Source: Octopus sinensis | Lineage: Eukaryota | Length of the DNA: 64,000 bases | Reading direction: 5' to 3' | Assembly: GCF_006345805.1 (NCBI RefSeq) | Contig: NW_021833436.1 | Location: forward strand, 11,132-75,131 | Part shown: in pieces, positions 11,455-26,040 of the stretch | Layout: every line of letters begins with the position of its first letter | How positions within the stretch are numbered: the stretch's first letter is position 1 | Notes under the pieces: model-generated | Database searches by the model: none | Seen by the model: only the letters and a program-made list of their open reading frames with translations | Told to the model about the DNA's origin: nothing | Made by a program: the position numbers and the translations under genes

Positions 11455-13960
11455 TTTGACATCAGGACGAAGTATTAGGGGGACAATGCAAAAACAGACA
11501 CAAAGTGTGGAGATGTACAAGTAATGAAATGATGAAATAACAAAAACAACGAAAAAGAGTAAATATAAGTGTCATACAATGAAAAGGAAGGGAAATATAC
11601 GCAATATACAAAGGCTAAAAAGAAAAAAGGCGGGTGATTGAGACGTAGTCCTCCTGATAAAGGATGACCTCCAGGGATAATCGAGGATCCCTACTGTGAC
11701 ATATCTCCTTGAAAACCAAGGGCATGTGTCCTCTCCAATTCCTACTCTTCGACTCACAGGTTTACACACACAGAGGTACCATCCACTCTTGCTATTTTCG
11801 CAACTTTCACCCACCTTTTAATAAATTAACTCGAGGGCAGAACTTCCCACTCTATACTCCATTTCCTTTTCATGTGAAACTTGAAGAAACCCCTCAGATC
11901 ATAAACAAAGAGGAATGTATCTATCCTCATGCCTTTTAGTCTTGTCCACCAAACAACCTCTTTCGTCACAGCCACCAGACGAAAAACATGCCTTGCTTGC
12001 TGATTAAAGAAGAGCAGCGAGCAACCATTACTATGCACTCCACCGATAGATGGATCTGTCCCATACGTGACAGGTGTTCGACATAACCCCACAAATCAGC
12101 AATGTCTGGACACTAAACGAGTGCGTGCAGAACAGTTACATCATTCAGTGCGCGCTTCGGAGAAGCCCGTGTGACAGGACATCCGTGCCTATTGAATTTA
12201 TCTCGAACCGGAAGCGCCCTGCGGCAGCACTATTTTGGCCAAGAACATATGGAATGTATCCATGATAATGACCGACCGGAACGTCTTCCAGAACGCCAAG
12301 AACATCGTCGTACTTCGCCAGTAATCATCTATAAATTACTGAAGCAGAACAGCCCACGATCCCATTGTCCGACTGGTAGATGGCTGTGAGTGCCTGTTGA
12401 CATACTAGGCGTCAAGCGCCTAGTCGCGGTCTTTTCTTTACCCAGGACTACAGCTCTGTCAAGGAGACAAGCTATGGAAAGACGTTCCTCCCAAACGGAG
12501 CCCACGCATGCTCACCTTTTAGAAATCATTGCAGGTGGCGCAACGTAACACCGTATCTGCGCATTAGAAGCCACAGCGTGCCTAAGCCGCCACTCAGAGG
12601 GTGCTGGCAGTAGACTGATGGTCTGACCATCGGAACGCAATCCTTCCACAAGAAATTAAATGAGACGTTCCAACCCAGTCAAGCAGTAACCGGGACAAGG
12701 CACAATGATCAGGCGATAAAAGATGAAGTAGGAAATGTAGGCATTCGCCTCCTCTGCCTGATCTTTCAAGGATAGCTTCCTCTCAGCCATTTCTGGGTAA
12801 GACTGGTCACCCTGTTCGTCACTTAGTCTCAGTTCTTACCTTCCTGGAGGGTGGGACCAAACCAGACTACGTGCAATTTGACTGGTCTGTCGGTCCAGCG
12901 TCCAACGACACCGTCCCATAACATGAACCTGACTATCCAGGAGACTTACCGCAAACAATCGATTTGTCAGCGGTGCTTTTAGCCCCTGCAACTGACTCAT
13001 ATTCCTCTAGAATGATGCTAAGAGTCTCCAGTTCGTTGGTGTACGCTGATACTGCCTTTCCGCGTCTGAGTTCGATCTTTCGCAGAAGTAGCTTGAGTAC
13101 CAATATGCACAGAAGAGGCGACAGCAGGAAGCCCTGACGGATCAAGCATGCGTTGCTAGACTTTTCCGATTGGTAGCTGTTTACTTTGACCACCGAACAG
13201 ATACAGCTGTGCATTGCAGCGAACCAACCTCTGAAACTGTGCCCGAATCCCCTGCTTTCAGGACGGCTTCCAAGTAGTGATGGTCGACCCTACCGAATGT
13301 TTTAGAATGATTAAAATTAATCAGAGCACTCTCGAAGCTAGGTTTGATCCCAGCCCTGTCTATGATGTATCGCATAAGGTGGAAGTTGTTGTGGACAGAC
13401 CTGCCCGGGATTGTGCACCTTTGTGCTTTCGCGGCCAGGCTACCGACAACAAGCGTCAACATTTTCGTCAACACCTTGGCCAAAATCTTAAACACTGTGT
13501 TTAGCAGGGATATGAGCTGAAAATTTCCTTGTACGTCCCCATTGTCGGCGTCCTTCCTCAGCAGTGTCACTACACTCCGACCAACAGCACTAGGAATTTT
13601 CCCTTTCTGTTGCCATTTACGGTAAACGTCTGCCAGCAGGTCACAAAACAAATCTGTTGTCATGCTGGAGCGCCACCGGTGTCTTTTCAGTGGCTATTCT
13701 TTACGATTAGCCTTTTATGAAGGAAGGAATTCGAGGCTGCTCCCTTGTTTGAGTTTCTTCATCAGGGACCTTGGACGGCCGGTGATCAAATTGTTTCCTG
13801 AACACTACCGCCTCTACACCATGAAGATGTTTCAGATGTTTTGGGTAGGCATTAAATCCCAACCTATTGCAATAGTGCATTGTCCTCACTCTAGACGGGA
13901 TGACGGGTACGTTTGGAACAGTGCAGCGACGTCCAGTTTGTGGTCAGTATAACTCTCGAT
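11455..13960 (-). mobile_element. Degenerate Tx1/L1-clade LINE (RT and 3' region)
   Basis: ORF 13181-13663 NFQLISLLNTVFKILAKVL..IPGRSVHNN..SKTFGRVDHHYL; ORF 12933-13214 IRQGFLLSPLL. Related to 30438-31025. Confidence 0.8.
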
Positions 13961-14029
13961 GCCAAAGTTTGGTTCCAGTTCCTCCAGGATCTTACACACG
14001 TACATCATTACATAGCTCACCTGTCTTCT

Positions 14030-14880
14030 CTCGAGGGAGCAGAGTTGTAGCTCCCAATAACTCAGTTGTTACTTTGATGCAATCTTCCGGGTGTAGGACT
14101 ACTACACTTCCACTATTTAATTGACTCTGTGGTGTGACCACAGTTGACTGCAGTATTCCAGGCAGTTGAGGACAAATGTCCTCTATAAGTCCAGCATAGT
14201 TTTTTGGTCCCTGATTCTGAAGCTTCTGTATTGCATTCTAGTATTGCGTATTCAGTATTTCACTAATCCTCTGGGGATTTGCAGTGGGTGCCATATTTTT
14301 CTCGAGCTGTTACCCCATGTTGTACCGTACTGAAGCAGACACTTTTACAAATTTATTGAAGGATTTGGGGTTTATCTTTATATTTTTGGCAGCCCTGGAT
14401 TCTTTCTCTGCTCTCTTCTTTCTTGTTGTAGTGTTTGAATTCATTTTCGATATTATCAATACTTGTTTGAGATAGAGTCCTTCGCTATCCTGTAGTGGAC
14501 CATTTAGACAGTTTGAGATATTTACTCGTTGTCTCATTAGAATGGTTATATCCTTGGGAACTATATTTTCCCGTTGGGTTGGCGTTCTCTCTGGAACAAA
14601 CGTACAGCATATCCAAATGCATCATTGACATAAACTGCTATATCTTTATATCAGTTTCATAGGAGACGAAATTTGTTCCATGACTTCTTTTTCGATGCCA
14701 TTCCTATCAGCTTTATGAAAGTTCAGGCTGGAGAGCTGGGTACATGGCCTGCATGTCTACTATTTTCTGTAGACCATATATCATTAGCTCTATTAAGTTA
14801 TGGTCTGAGAGAATCGTCAGTGCCACCTAAACATTATGGATGGGCACCACGTTATTCGTGAAGCAGATGCCCAGGACATT
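14030..14880 (-). mobile_element. CR1/L2-group LINE fragment (linker upstream of RT)
   Basis: KESRAAKNIKINPKSFNKFVK resembles the conserved 'IK.NPK.F..Y' LINE linker. Confidence 0.55.
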
Positions 14881-14894
14881 TTTACCCCTTGTTG

Positions 14895-14927
<33 letters not shown>

Positions 14928-15269
14928 TCGAGGAAAGTAACTGAGAAGAATGAGAAAGAGTCATATATCAAATATGTAAAGTAACCCCAATATACCATTT
15001 GATACGTTCGACATAATTATTATACCACATACACAACAAAGACACATATACAATATATACAATAATTACAAGCAATTATATTTGCTTCACGATCTTCGGC
15101 AAATATGTATGCATATGTGCGCGTGTGTATGTACGTATGCATGTGTTTTTATATGTATATATACACACATAATCTATATAAGTGTGTCCACACACACACA
15201 CGCACACACACATACACGCACACACACATGTACACCTAATAATATGGTAGATACTTTTGTAAGTATTTG

Positions 15270-18200
15270 TGTTTAAAGAACAAAAGAAAATTTACCTGAA
15301 TGGATCACTCCTCCACACTACAGGTATAAACTTGTTTGTGTTTGTTTATGCGTATGTGTTCGTATATTTATACACGCGCGCAGATACATACTCATACACA
15401 CACAAATCACACACTTACACACACGCACTACACATGCACGCACACACACAAATACACACTCACATTCAATTAGAACATTTCACGGTATTCAGAAGAAGTT
15501 AATCACTATGTATCACGCAATTCAATTTGTTTGCGGAAGCATTTTCACTTTGACTTAAAGAAAAAGGAAAAGAGCAAAACACAACGATTATTCAATAAGA
15601 AATAAATGTAACAAGATAACATTTTATGTATGAGATGTGATAATTACTTCGCGCACGTAAACTTTTGTTTTGGTATTTATCACAATATGATAAAATATGT
15701 AACGTATGTGCTCGGGTAATAGTCGATTTCATGTAAAATGCGACCCCTTATTTTGGCACAAAACTTGAGAATTTTCCATAGATCCCGTATAAAAGTCGAC
15801 ACTAGTATTTCACGAAGAACAGGACAACATTTGTAGGTTAAGGCACCGTATTGTCCTATAAATAGAAATAACACTGTTACACATTTGTGTGGCTGCATTA
15901 GCCTGCTCTATACGTGGGATGCTTGGTGCTTATAGCAAAACACCATTTAATAGCGAGCACTTCATATTTGCTGATTGGTGCCACAATGTATGCAGAGGAT
16001 ATGCTGGAAGCCTGCACACATCTTCATGGCCAATAAACACATGCGTCATACACTCGTTGTTTGCATGGTGAGAAACGTGTTTCACAAACAGCACTATTGG
16101 CGAACACTAGCAAACGCCTCTATCAGAATTCGTGCAAAGGTATGATTTTTCGTAAGCATAAAAGTATTCAATTAATCGCTAGATCAGCGAAATGGCAACT
16201 GATCGTGAGCATGGATACGATAGCCCCTAGGCCGAAATGTATTAACGTTAAATTAATACTGTAAGTTTCACATTGATCTATTTTTTAATTACATCTCTTG
16301 TTTCAAGGCATAATATAATTTGTACCGGTACTCCTTTCTGCTTTAACGCAGGATTCAATTTGCCGTGCAGTTTAGGTACTTGAAAATCGTCAAAGTGTGT
16401 TGATCGTGAAGCCACCTTAATTCATGCTCGAAAGGAATAAAAATAGGATGGAATTTCAAATTTTAAAGCGAATGTTGGATGGTGAGATGTTATGGCATAG
16501 TATAACAGCTGAGAACTAAGATCGCACAAAAACTGCGTGCTGATCTAAATGATAAGATAATAGAGTTTCATAGGTTTGTAATCAGAAATCAGTTGAAAGA
16601 GTGTATGCATTATCATGTATTGGGAACATGGACGAAACGCTTGTTACTCTTGACATGTCAGAGAATCGAACTGCGAATCAAAGAGGAGATAAAGCAGTAT
16701 TCATGATAACCACTGGCCACGAGAAAAGGTTACTTTAGTTCTTTCATGTATGGCTAATGGTAATAAATTAAAACCGATGGTTGTTTTTAAGAGAAAAACT
16801 GTGCCGAATGAGATATTTACAAAAAGAATTATCATCCATGTGCATCCACAAGGATGGATAGAAGATGAGGGTCGTTGTAGAAAATGGATTAAAGATGTTT
16901 GGAATTTACGACCTGTGGAATGCATTGGATGGTACAGAAGACGATTGTCTATGGGATGACAAGTATAACGAAGTGGATGATGCGCTACCTCTAAATATGG
17001 AGAGCGAAGATGATGATGAAGAGAATCCTTACGTTGATGCCATTCATCCTCATGATTAGGAAGCTTTATTCAGTGCTGAAGATGATAAACTGTGTTAAAT
17101 AAATTGGTAGTGTAGTCTCTAATCTAGCCACGAAAAAGAAAACGTTTTCGGTGGAAACTCGCTGGTGGAAAGTGATATTGTGCTTCTACTTCTTTTATCA
17201 GTTCTGGTATTTAATACATTAAATTGCATTTAGATTATTCGAAATAAAGATGCACCACTAATATACTGTACTTGTGATGTGTGTGACTTTAACCATGAAT
17301 ATGAAAATAGTATAATTTATTGAAGAGGTATGAAGTGAAACACGCCGAGTAGATATCAGCTGTATGCACCGTATTACGGTAAGTAGTGACATGCCCAGTA
17401 CCGGTGATAATATAACATAATTATGAGATATAAATTGATTTCACTCTGCTAGTCTGTTAAGTTTGATTGATACAAATAAAAGAGTTAGCGCAAATATTTA
17501 TAAAAGCTACGCGGTCTTGTTTATGGGTTTTGTTACTTACTAGGATGTGGGATGTGATGCATAAAATTAATATTACTGTAATTCATCGTGTTTTTGTTTT
17601 TATTCGCTTAGAGATCATGTAGGCTTCTGCCGCTGATACAGTACTTTGGATTCTAGCTTGAATTCCAGCTCCTCAAAAGTAATATCCATGTAATAGATGA
17701 CCCCATAAACTTGACCTTAAAAGATGGCTTAAAATATTCGACATTCTCACGAGTATATACGGTATTCCTTCTCAGTCAATCACGTGATTCGAAAAGTAAA
17801 TCTTCACGTAATTACTTTCCCAGTGCGGTTATTCCAAATAGGTTTGGACAGTAATGTAGCTTGTAGAGAATGTTATGGGACTCGTGTTCCACATTCTGTT
17901 ACCGTTATTCCAGAAACTGACAGATTAATTCAGATTAATTTAGACGTGAAACATCCAATCAGAAATAGAGTTCTTTTCTCTTTGTGTGACATATTCTGAA
18001 TGTGTTATGATTATAGGCAGTGTTTCCAACGATGTATGTATCGTTCGTAAAATCAAGCTATTGCCTGTTGCTTCATCATTCATTGACATTCCTGCAAGCA
18101 ATGTTTATACCATGCTACAAGATCTTGAGTAGTATTCTTTTCAAGAGGATGTATTTCATATATTGCTACTATGTGTTTAGCCATTGTTACATCCTGTTCT

Positions 18201-19335
18201 AGAAAACCCATATTCAAAGGCGTTCGAGCTGATTCCGTAGTATAAAGTGTCCTTAGTGAAAACGGTATCCGTTGTTTTTGAGAAATTTGACTTTTATTTC
18301 CAGCAGGACACATGACTACGTAAATGTCCTCACATTGGATCATATTGCATATATTGTTGAAGAATAACTATTCTAAAAGTCGTTTAAGCTGTAATCATCT
18401 TAGTTTAAACTAATGCATCATGGTCTTATAAATAATCCAGTCTTTTTACTTTTATCTAAAGCAGTAAGATGTTTATTTGAAATCCCGTTGGCTGTTATTT
18501 CTAAGATATCTTGCAACCACATAGACGCTACTTTTGGTCCGTATTGTGCAAGTGGGTTTTGTAGAAGATTGAGCTTTCGTTGTATATTTAGTTGCATATT
18601 TAATATACACGTGTGTTTCGATAGTTTTATCATATCAGATCACATGTATGGATAGATAAGATATGTCCTCTGGTGATATACAAATATTACACAGTATCAT
18701 CAAATATCACAAATAATATTTGTTCCAGAAGGCGTCTCACTAACCAACGGATTAAATCGTGGTCTCTCACATTATGCCTATTCGAAAAGATTCTAGGGTT
18801 GTACAAAATAATGTGTCTTTAAATAAAATTTAATAAAAGTATGTAAGAATTGCAATTCATAATTGTTCAAATAGCATGTTATTACAAATTTTGTATTGGA
18901 ATGAGATACTGCTCCAAAGTAATTTTTCCTTCATTCTATGTTTTAATAACTGAAGAGTGGTAACAACGGTTTTCCGTAGAATATAGGTATGATGCATACG
19001 ATTTTTTGAAAATATCGTATACAGCTTCCACGGCAAAATAAGTTTGAGGACCATTGTATGAGATACCTTCCATGGCTCCTTGTAAAACAACTAATAATAG
19101 CATCTGTAATCAAAGCTCTGAAGACCTATATATACGTAAGCATTTTGTAATTGTTGATTTGAGGAATAGTAGCGTATTGCTTTTCTTTTATCCTTTAAGT
19201 TTTCCTTATTTTTAGAGCTCCCATGATCGCAGCTGCACAGTAATATAACTATGTTTTTGACATTTCTTTCCATATATTACTTTCAGAACGTTTTACGTTG
19301 CTCCTAAAATTATATGACGTTGTTGTTGCTGTTGG
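15270..19335 (+). pseudogene. Decayed partial duplicate of the PAN/CTL gene (exon 1, intron 1, exon 2 at 17776-18124, part of intron 2)
   Basis: Collinear similarity to about 32010-34155. ORF 17784 (VIRKVNLHVITFPVRLFQ..) parallels VIRKANLHVLTILVLLLQ. It carries a frameshift/stop, the donor is changed from gtgagt to ttgagt, and no CTLD exons are seen. Confidence 0.85.
15702..17762 (+). mobile_element. Degenerate pogo/Tigger-type DNA transposon
   Basis: Degenerate TIRs (acgtatgtgctcgggtaatagtcga / tcgacattctcacgagtatatacgg) with TA on both sides. DDE_1-like remnants GNMDET..TTGHEK..LSCMANGNKLKPMVVFKRK..QGW at about 16620-16960. Confidence 0.85.
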
Positions 19336-20089
19336 GGATGAGATTCACTTTGATCGAGACATTTCCGCCGTAATTATCTCGTCTAGTTTACAGTACTCTA
19401 CTAAACATATTATTTAATGAGCTCCTTGCCTAACATGAGGATGTGATTTCAGGGCGTTTTGACTGATCCTTGAAAAAGATCAAACGGCAAGAGAGACATT
19501 TCCCATCAGTGTGTTTTCGCAAATTTTATGATTAATAACTTCTCACGTAATTTTTTTGCTTAGCCCTATGCTATGGTAGGAAACACACTTTAGCTCATCA
19601 TACAGTGAGATTAAACCTGGAACAACGTGGTTAATAAGTCGACTTCTTTACACAGCCATGATTGTACTCCATTATAATTCTATTCTAATCAATGTAGATA
19701 GCATAGTGTTCCTACATAACTACTTAATTTGGTCACTTATTATAATATTTTTGTTGTTTGTCTCTTCAACCTTCATGCATAGTCATCTCACATAGTTTCG
19801 TTCTACTTTCCATTTTCATCACAAACGTTCACACTCATACCATTACTAGATTGCTTTAATGAAATACCTTTTCTGCTATTGTATCTTGAAATTCGTGGAA
19901 ATCGAGAATAGTTATGATTTAATATTTAATATTTCGGTTGATTGATTATCCAAATGTTGTCCCACAGTCTTCTGAATACTTTTCATCTTTCATTTTTAAA
20001 GTCTCTTATAATTTGTTTTCTTTGAATTAATTTTTTTTCATTTAGCAACACATTTTTTTTCTAATTTGTAGCAACAATAAGAAGGCACG

Positions 20090-20278
20090 AATTCTGAGCT
20101 GCATCTATTAATTATTTGGGCTCACATTACGAGATATGAAGAAAATGATGGAGAAAATCTGCTCCTAAAATTGGATGAAGAAGGTCAGCAATGATAAAAA
20201 CAATCCACTGGAAACTTCGTCCAGTGCGAGTAAAATCTCACCGAAAGTTTTAACAGGAGAGTCGTTGATTGCTGAATA

Positions 20279-20358
<80 letters not shown>

Positions 20359-20800
20359 ATATCAGAAGCGAAAAGTTTTTCTTTGACAAATTTAGAGGGT
20401 CCTATACTGCAGGACACTCCGGAGTCGACTAGAAATTCCTTCTTAGACTCGAAATCTAATATAAAAAATGCGTGACTAGGAGAAAATGTGCCAGGAACTG
20501 CGGTCACGCTGGGAGCTCGGCTTTTTAGTTTTCCTGAGTTTTTAAATGTACGAGGCGAAATACATTTCTTAGCTGTAGAACCAAACTTATAATGATACCA
20601 GCAAAAAGGTTTTGATCTGCTGGGAGAACGGACATTAGAACGACGATAGCGACGAGGTGATGGATTTCTATTGATATGCAAGAGACAAATTTCTGTGACT
20701 AGCTTATCTATAGTCATCTGTGTAGATTCACGAAATTCTTTGAATTTAGAAGAAACTGTTGCAACTGACAAAAGAGAGTTGTTCTGTTCTGGAATAGGTT
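20090..20800 (-). mobile_element. Ty3/Gypsy LTR retrotransposon gag-protease fragment
   Basis: CWYHYKFGSTAKKCISP gag knuckle, then FLVDSGVSCSI aspartic protease motif; interrupted by (TA)n at about 20278-20361. Confidence 0.85.
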
Positions 20801-20951
20801 TTGTATTAATTATATGTTACAATCAAATCTACCTCTAACAACAAATTCACAGTAAAATTTGTTTGAATTATTGCCTAAGTTATTGCCAAGTCTTCACATT
20901 TTTAGTATTGACCCAATGCCTATTTTTTACATAATGAATTTGCCTAACATA

Positions 20952-22241
20952 CGAGGGGCGTTCAATAAGTAATGCCCCTGACCCACTTCCCATAACAGTA
21001 GAGCAACGAAACTTGGCACAGTTATTAGTCTCTTTTTACATAGGAACCACCCAGAGTTACGCATTTCTCCCATCATTTTATGCAGCTCTGGAGACCGTTT
21101 TTGTAGAAGACCCCAGTTTGGTCCTCCAACCACGACGTGACTTCAGAAATCAAGGCTGCATCATATGGGAAACGCTTTCCTTTCAAAAACAACATCATGG
21201 CTGGGAAGAGGTGAAAATCAGAGGGTGCAAGGTCAGGAGATTAGGGGGATGGGGGAGGAGTTCATAATCGCACGCCTGTGCTTCTGATCTGGCGACACGT
21301 GAGTTGTAGACCGGAGCGTTGTCCTGCAGGAAGAGGATGCCTTTGCTGATCTTGCCCGCCTCTTGATTTTAATAGCTTCTCTTAATTTCTTCAAAAGTGA
21401 AGCATAATAGGCTCCTGTAATTGTGGTACCCTTTGCCAGGAAATCTGTCATCACTACTCCGTCCTGGTCCCAGAAGACTGTGAGCATGACCTTGCCAGCG
21501 GAGGGCTGCACCCTTGCCTTCTTTGGAGGAGGTGAGTCACGGTGCTTCCACTGCATTGACTGGGCTTTGGTCTATGGATCATAGTGATGGACCCAGGTTT
21601 CATCCTGTGTAATCAGTCTTCTGAAAAATTTTGACTCATCTTCTTGGCACATCTCCAAATTCACCCTCGAGCACTCGACGCGTTCTTGCTTCTGGAAAGG
21701 TGTGAGCAACCTGGGAATCCATCTGGCAGACACCTTTTGCATATGCAAATGGTCATGAATGATAGTTTCCACATACCCGGTACTAATCTTGACCTCATGG
21801 GCTATTTGGCGAATAGTTATGCGTCGATCTTCCAAAATGGCAGCCTCAACTTGACGGACAGATGCCTCATCAATGGCAGAAGGGGGCGACCAGATCTAGG
21901 AGCTGTTTCCACAGAGTTCCGACCATGTTTAAATTCACGATGCCAGCGTTTTACAAGGTCATATGATGGGGCATCATCACCATAAGTTACTTTCATTTCA
22001 TCAAAAGTCTCCCGTGGTGTGCCTCCTTTCAAATACAAAAACCGGATCACTGCTCGACACTCAACTGGCTCCATTTCACACTTGACTCTGTTCAAACACC
22101 TGTAAATCAGAAACCACAATTAGTTCAGAGCTGTAATTTGCCACTTAATCTATAAAGATATAAATAATTGCACATGCAAAATTTCAGCTAGATCAAACAA
22201 ATGCAAGTGGGTCAGGAGCATTACTTATTGAACGTCCCTCG
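20952..22241 (-). mobile_element. Full-length mariner transposon with frameshifted transposase
   Basis: TIRs cgaggggcgttcaataagtaatgcccctgacccactt / aagtgggtcaggagcattacttattgaacgtccctcg, TA on both sides. MEPVECRAVIRFL.., KVSARWIPRLLT, ITQDETWVHHYDP, KVMLTVFWD. Confidence 0.95.
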
Positions 22242-24999
22242 TATTTATTATTCTGCTTTGTATAAAACTTTAGCTATATTAATACTTCTGGCTATCATTT
22301 TTTTGACATTCTAGAGTGTCAATATTTTAATAAAATAATGGTACCTTTTTTTAATTATAATGTTATTTTGTAAATTAAAATCAAATAATATTTAATATTC
22401 AAATTTTACCCTTAGTTGCAATAGTTGAAGTAAACATGTTCTTGTTCTGTTCTTTACTTGATACAATAAGTTATCCTGAACTTTTCCAAGTGTAATAATT
22501 TTTCCTATAATTTTCCAGGTTTATAATCTTAAAAATATTATTTCTCTTGCTCGCATTTTTCCATGTAATTATGTTTTTTCCAGGTTATGCTATTATGCTA
22601 ATTAGTAATGCGTGAAATGTATGAATTAGCGTTATTGTTGATAAGTTTTCCTTACCTCAATGACGCCGGTGATATATATTAAAAGTCCCCTTATAGAACT
22701 ATATTCATAAAAATGTATCGAACATTATTATCACCTTCAAATTTGAGAAACAAGCATTCATAACTTGTTTGCTGTAAAACTTCATTGCATGAGATTGATA
22801 CCATGAAATTTCTCGAATCGAGCTCTATCATGTAAGCTTAAGTAAAATATAGTTTGTTTTTAAAATAAAAAAAGTTAATTATACTTAAATCCAATTTTTG
22901 CTCTACTTATATTTTTTTTTCATGATATTTTACTTCAGCTTTTTTTATACAAATTTTTGTTACCTGGTACCAAAACTATGAAATTCTGCATGCTTTCTTT
23001 TATCATTGAAGCTAAGATAAAAAGTTTTTGCTTTTAAAATAAAAAAAGTTATTTCGATCTTAACTCGATAGTAGGCGTTACTCACTCTCCTAAAATGTTG
23101 CTTCAGATTTTGGTGTAAACTTTTTTTTCTACTGGATCAAATCTTTTATGCCGGAATGTAGCTAGAGATCAGTCCTCTTCAAAAATGTTAACAGTTTTTA
23201 ATTTGGTTCAGAACTGAATTAGCGACAAGCTCTGAAAGATGCTGCATTTGAGTAAATTGCGGCATTAAGAATATCATTCAACTACCACAGTAGTTGAATG
23301 ATAACTAATTACTTAGTCATGATTAGCATATGCAAGTATACATATACAGAGACACACACACATATGTATATATATATATAGATATATACACCTCTCTCAC
23401 TCCCTCTCTATTGTTCTCTCTCTCCCTCACACACATACATACACAAATAAATGTCTGAAATATTGAATGGTATATCTATAATATTATCTATCAATATAGT
23501 TATATTGTTATTTCCATATTATTTTTAAACAAATTTCGAATTTACTTTATTATGCAGCTGGTTTGAAGAAAACCTCCAGCATACCTCTTATTAATCATAG
23601 GAGATAATACATTTCAAAAACAGTTCGAATATATTCTCAGAGTGACTGATATTGGTCTGTTCATTTTCCTCAACTTGAGTAGATATATGACTGGAGCTAG
23701 TCTAGTAAGAGGAAAAGTAATAAAGTGCTTGCAACTAAAGATATACAACAGCTAACTATTGACGTTAAAGTCTACCATGTCCCAAAATAAACTGATTCAC
23801 AGAACAATTTTTTACACAAAGTTCCTCGACCAAATCTATATCTGGCATTGGGTGCATAGATTGTTTTAAAGTTATTGTCCCAAAGTTCTGCGCAGTGAGA
23901 TCGAAACAAAAGCCAAGGAGCTGAGGAATTACATTTGTTCTTAAAGAACATTATTATTTGTCATGCTTTTTTTCTACCTGCCATTTTCTCTTTTTGTAAG
24001 CGGCGTCTTCCATTTTTAAATCAAGAAGATCTATAAAACTGATACTCGCTTAAAATTATTTTAATATTTCGATTTTAATTCTTTTTTATGATGATAAAAC
24101 TATTAGAAACTAACAAACAAAATTCATTCCTTTGGATGGTCATCAATTTCTCTACCTTTATTGATCGTTTTGATAGCTAATTCTTTTGCAAGTTACCACT
24201 CACCGCCGGAAAATTGAAATATGTTCTAAATTGTTTTCAAGCACTTACTGATACAAACTGCAAAAATGATATTAATCATCAAGAAATATTGTTTTTCTTT
24301 CATTTCATAATAGCTTCTAATTTACTTTTTTAATGTTTCATACAATGAACATGATTACTCAGTTCCATAGAATTTGCGAGTGTTAATTGTGAGCAATGTA
24401 ATGTAAGAATCAACATCGTGTCAAAAGTCGATATTAGACAACAACGTAATAAACTTATTCATTAACTGTCGAAGTGTCCATAAGACCTCCGAATTTTTAA
24501 AGAAAATTATATTGTTTGGAGATAAATTGTTCTAATGAAACTAGAATTTCCGAGTGAAACAAGCAATTTAATCTTTAAAACACATGCTTTTACCTTTCTT
24601 CCGTTACTGATCAATGAAGACCTTCACTTCAGTTACGAGGTCGATTCGGGTTTTTCTATATATCAGTATATGTATAAGAAACTTGTTGTATGAAAATATC
24701 GATCGTATGCAAGCAAATCCAGTGCGTATTTCATCTGATGTACTGACTGAGTCTTTGCAAGGTTCTTGCTTAGTTTATGTTACCTAGATGCGGCCTCTAA
24801 ACAGGAAGTGATTTCTTTTCTGTTGAGATAGATATATGAAGCCTGTTCAGAGAATGCCTGTTTCCAGAATTTTGTCAATGCCTATACTTCCACTTTTACT
24901 CTCAGTCAATAATCGTAGGTTTTTTTTTCTCCGCTGACTGCTACTCTATTGCAATTCAAACAAATCAACTAACATATGGCTGGAGATAAATTTACACAA

Positions 25000-25500
25000 A
25001 ATAACCACCCTCAGCTCCCACTGCGATCTCAAGCCGGATCAGGAAACTTGCGCATGATTCCTTCAATGTGAGCTTGAGAAAATCTTCGAACACCTTCGAC
25101 ATCTTCACCAGATGCTCGGTATTCATGGTGCAAACTGAAAGTATTGTCATTCTCAACACATCTCACTCATTATAATTCATGGGATTACAACTGGGGATTA
25201 GGAAGCCTGGTATTGGGACTGGGGATATCATAGAAATTGTCCACCAACCACTTCTTACTATTTCCGGACATATAGCAAGGGGACGAATCATGATGCCATA
25301 CACGTAGCCTTCAGAGAGCAATCTTCCCCTACCAGACTTAACCACAGTCTTCAGTATCTTCGTATAGCCGTCTAAACTAAGCGTAAAGACCTGTTCATAA
25401 GTCGTTGGTGGATTTCGAAGTGCAGAGGCAGTCAGAATGCCTATTGTCTCCCTTCCTGCTGGCCACAATATCACAGTTGCAGCTGTTTATGTCACATCTT
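25000..25500 (-). mobile_element. Tc1/mariner-superfamily transposase 3' fragment
   Basis: LDGYTKILKTVVKS..CNPMNY; same family as 44840-45325. Confidence 0.6.
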
Positions 25501-25623
25501 ATGGTATTTACAGCGTTCACAGATCATGGAACAACAGTCACGGTGTCAGTACTTTGATACCCCACACGAATCATCATGATACATGAAACTCTTTTCCAAT
25601 ATTCACATGGCCTGGAAGTAGTA

Positions 25624-26040
25624 CGGGATGGTATCAAAAAGTTCCAGGGGAAGTTCTGTAGCGTGCCAAAAGATGTCGGCACATGGTTGCATGTGTAATA
25701 AAAGCTTGCAATAACCATCCTGAGGCAGTATGCCGAGGGAAATTTTTGTGTTTACTTCACAAGTTGTGAAATTTGTGTTTATGTGATCATATATATGCTG
25801 TAGTCCGCGATTTTGTCATGCTCAGGAAGTTGTAACAAACAGCCAACGAGAAATTTTTGCGTTAAACTTAGGAACTCTGCTACAGAGACATTGATCATGC
25901 TTCGGTAATCTTTCGTTTTTGAGTGGCACGCTTTCTTCAAAGCAGAAGAACGTCCCTGGAAGACAATGAGCGATCTGGAAGACCTGCCACGAAATTTGGT
26001 ATTGTGTATCGAGACTGCAGTTGAGAGTTCTACTGTGAAG
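25624..26040 (+). mobile_element. Deleted mariner 5' fragment related to 34556-35856
   Basis: Start tacgggatggtatcaaaaagttcc and the block aacaaacagccaacgagaaatttttgcgttaaactt are shared with that element. Confidence 0.75.
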
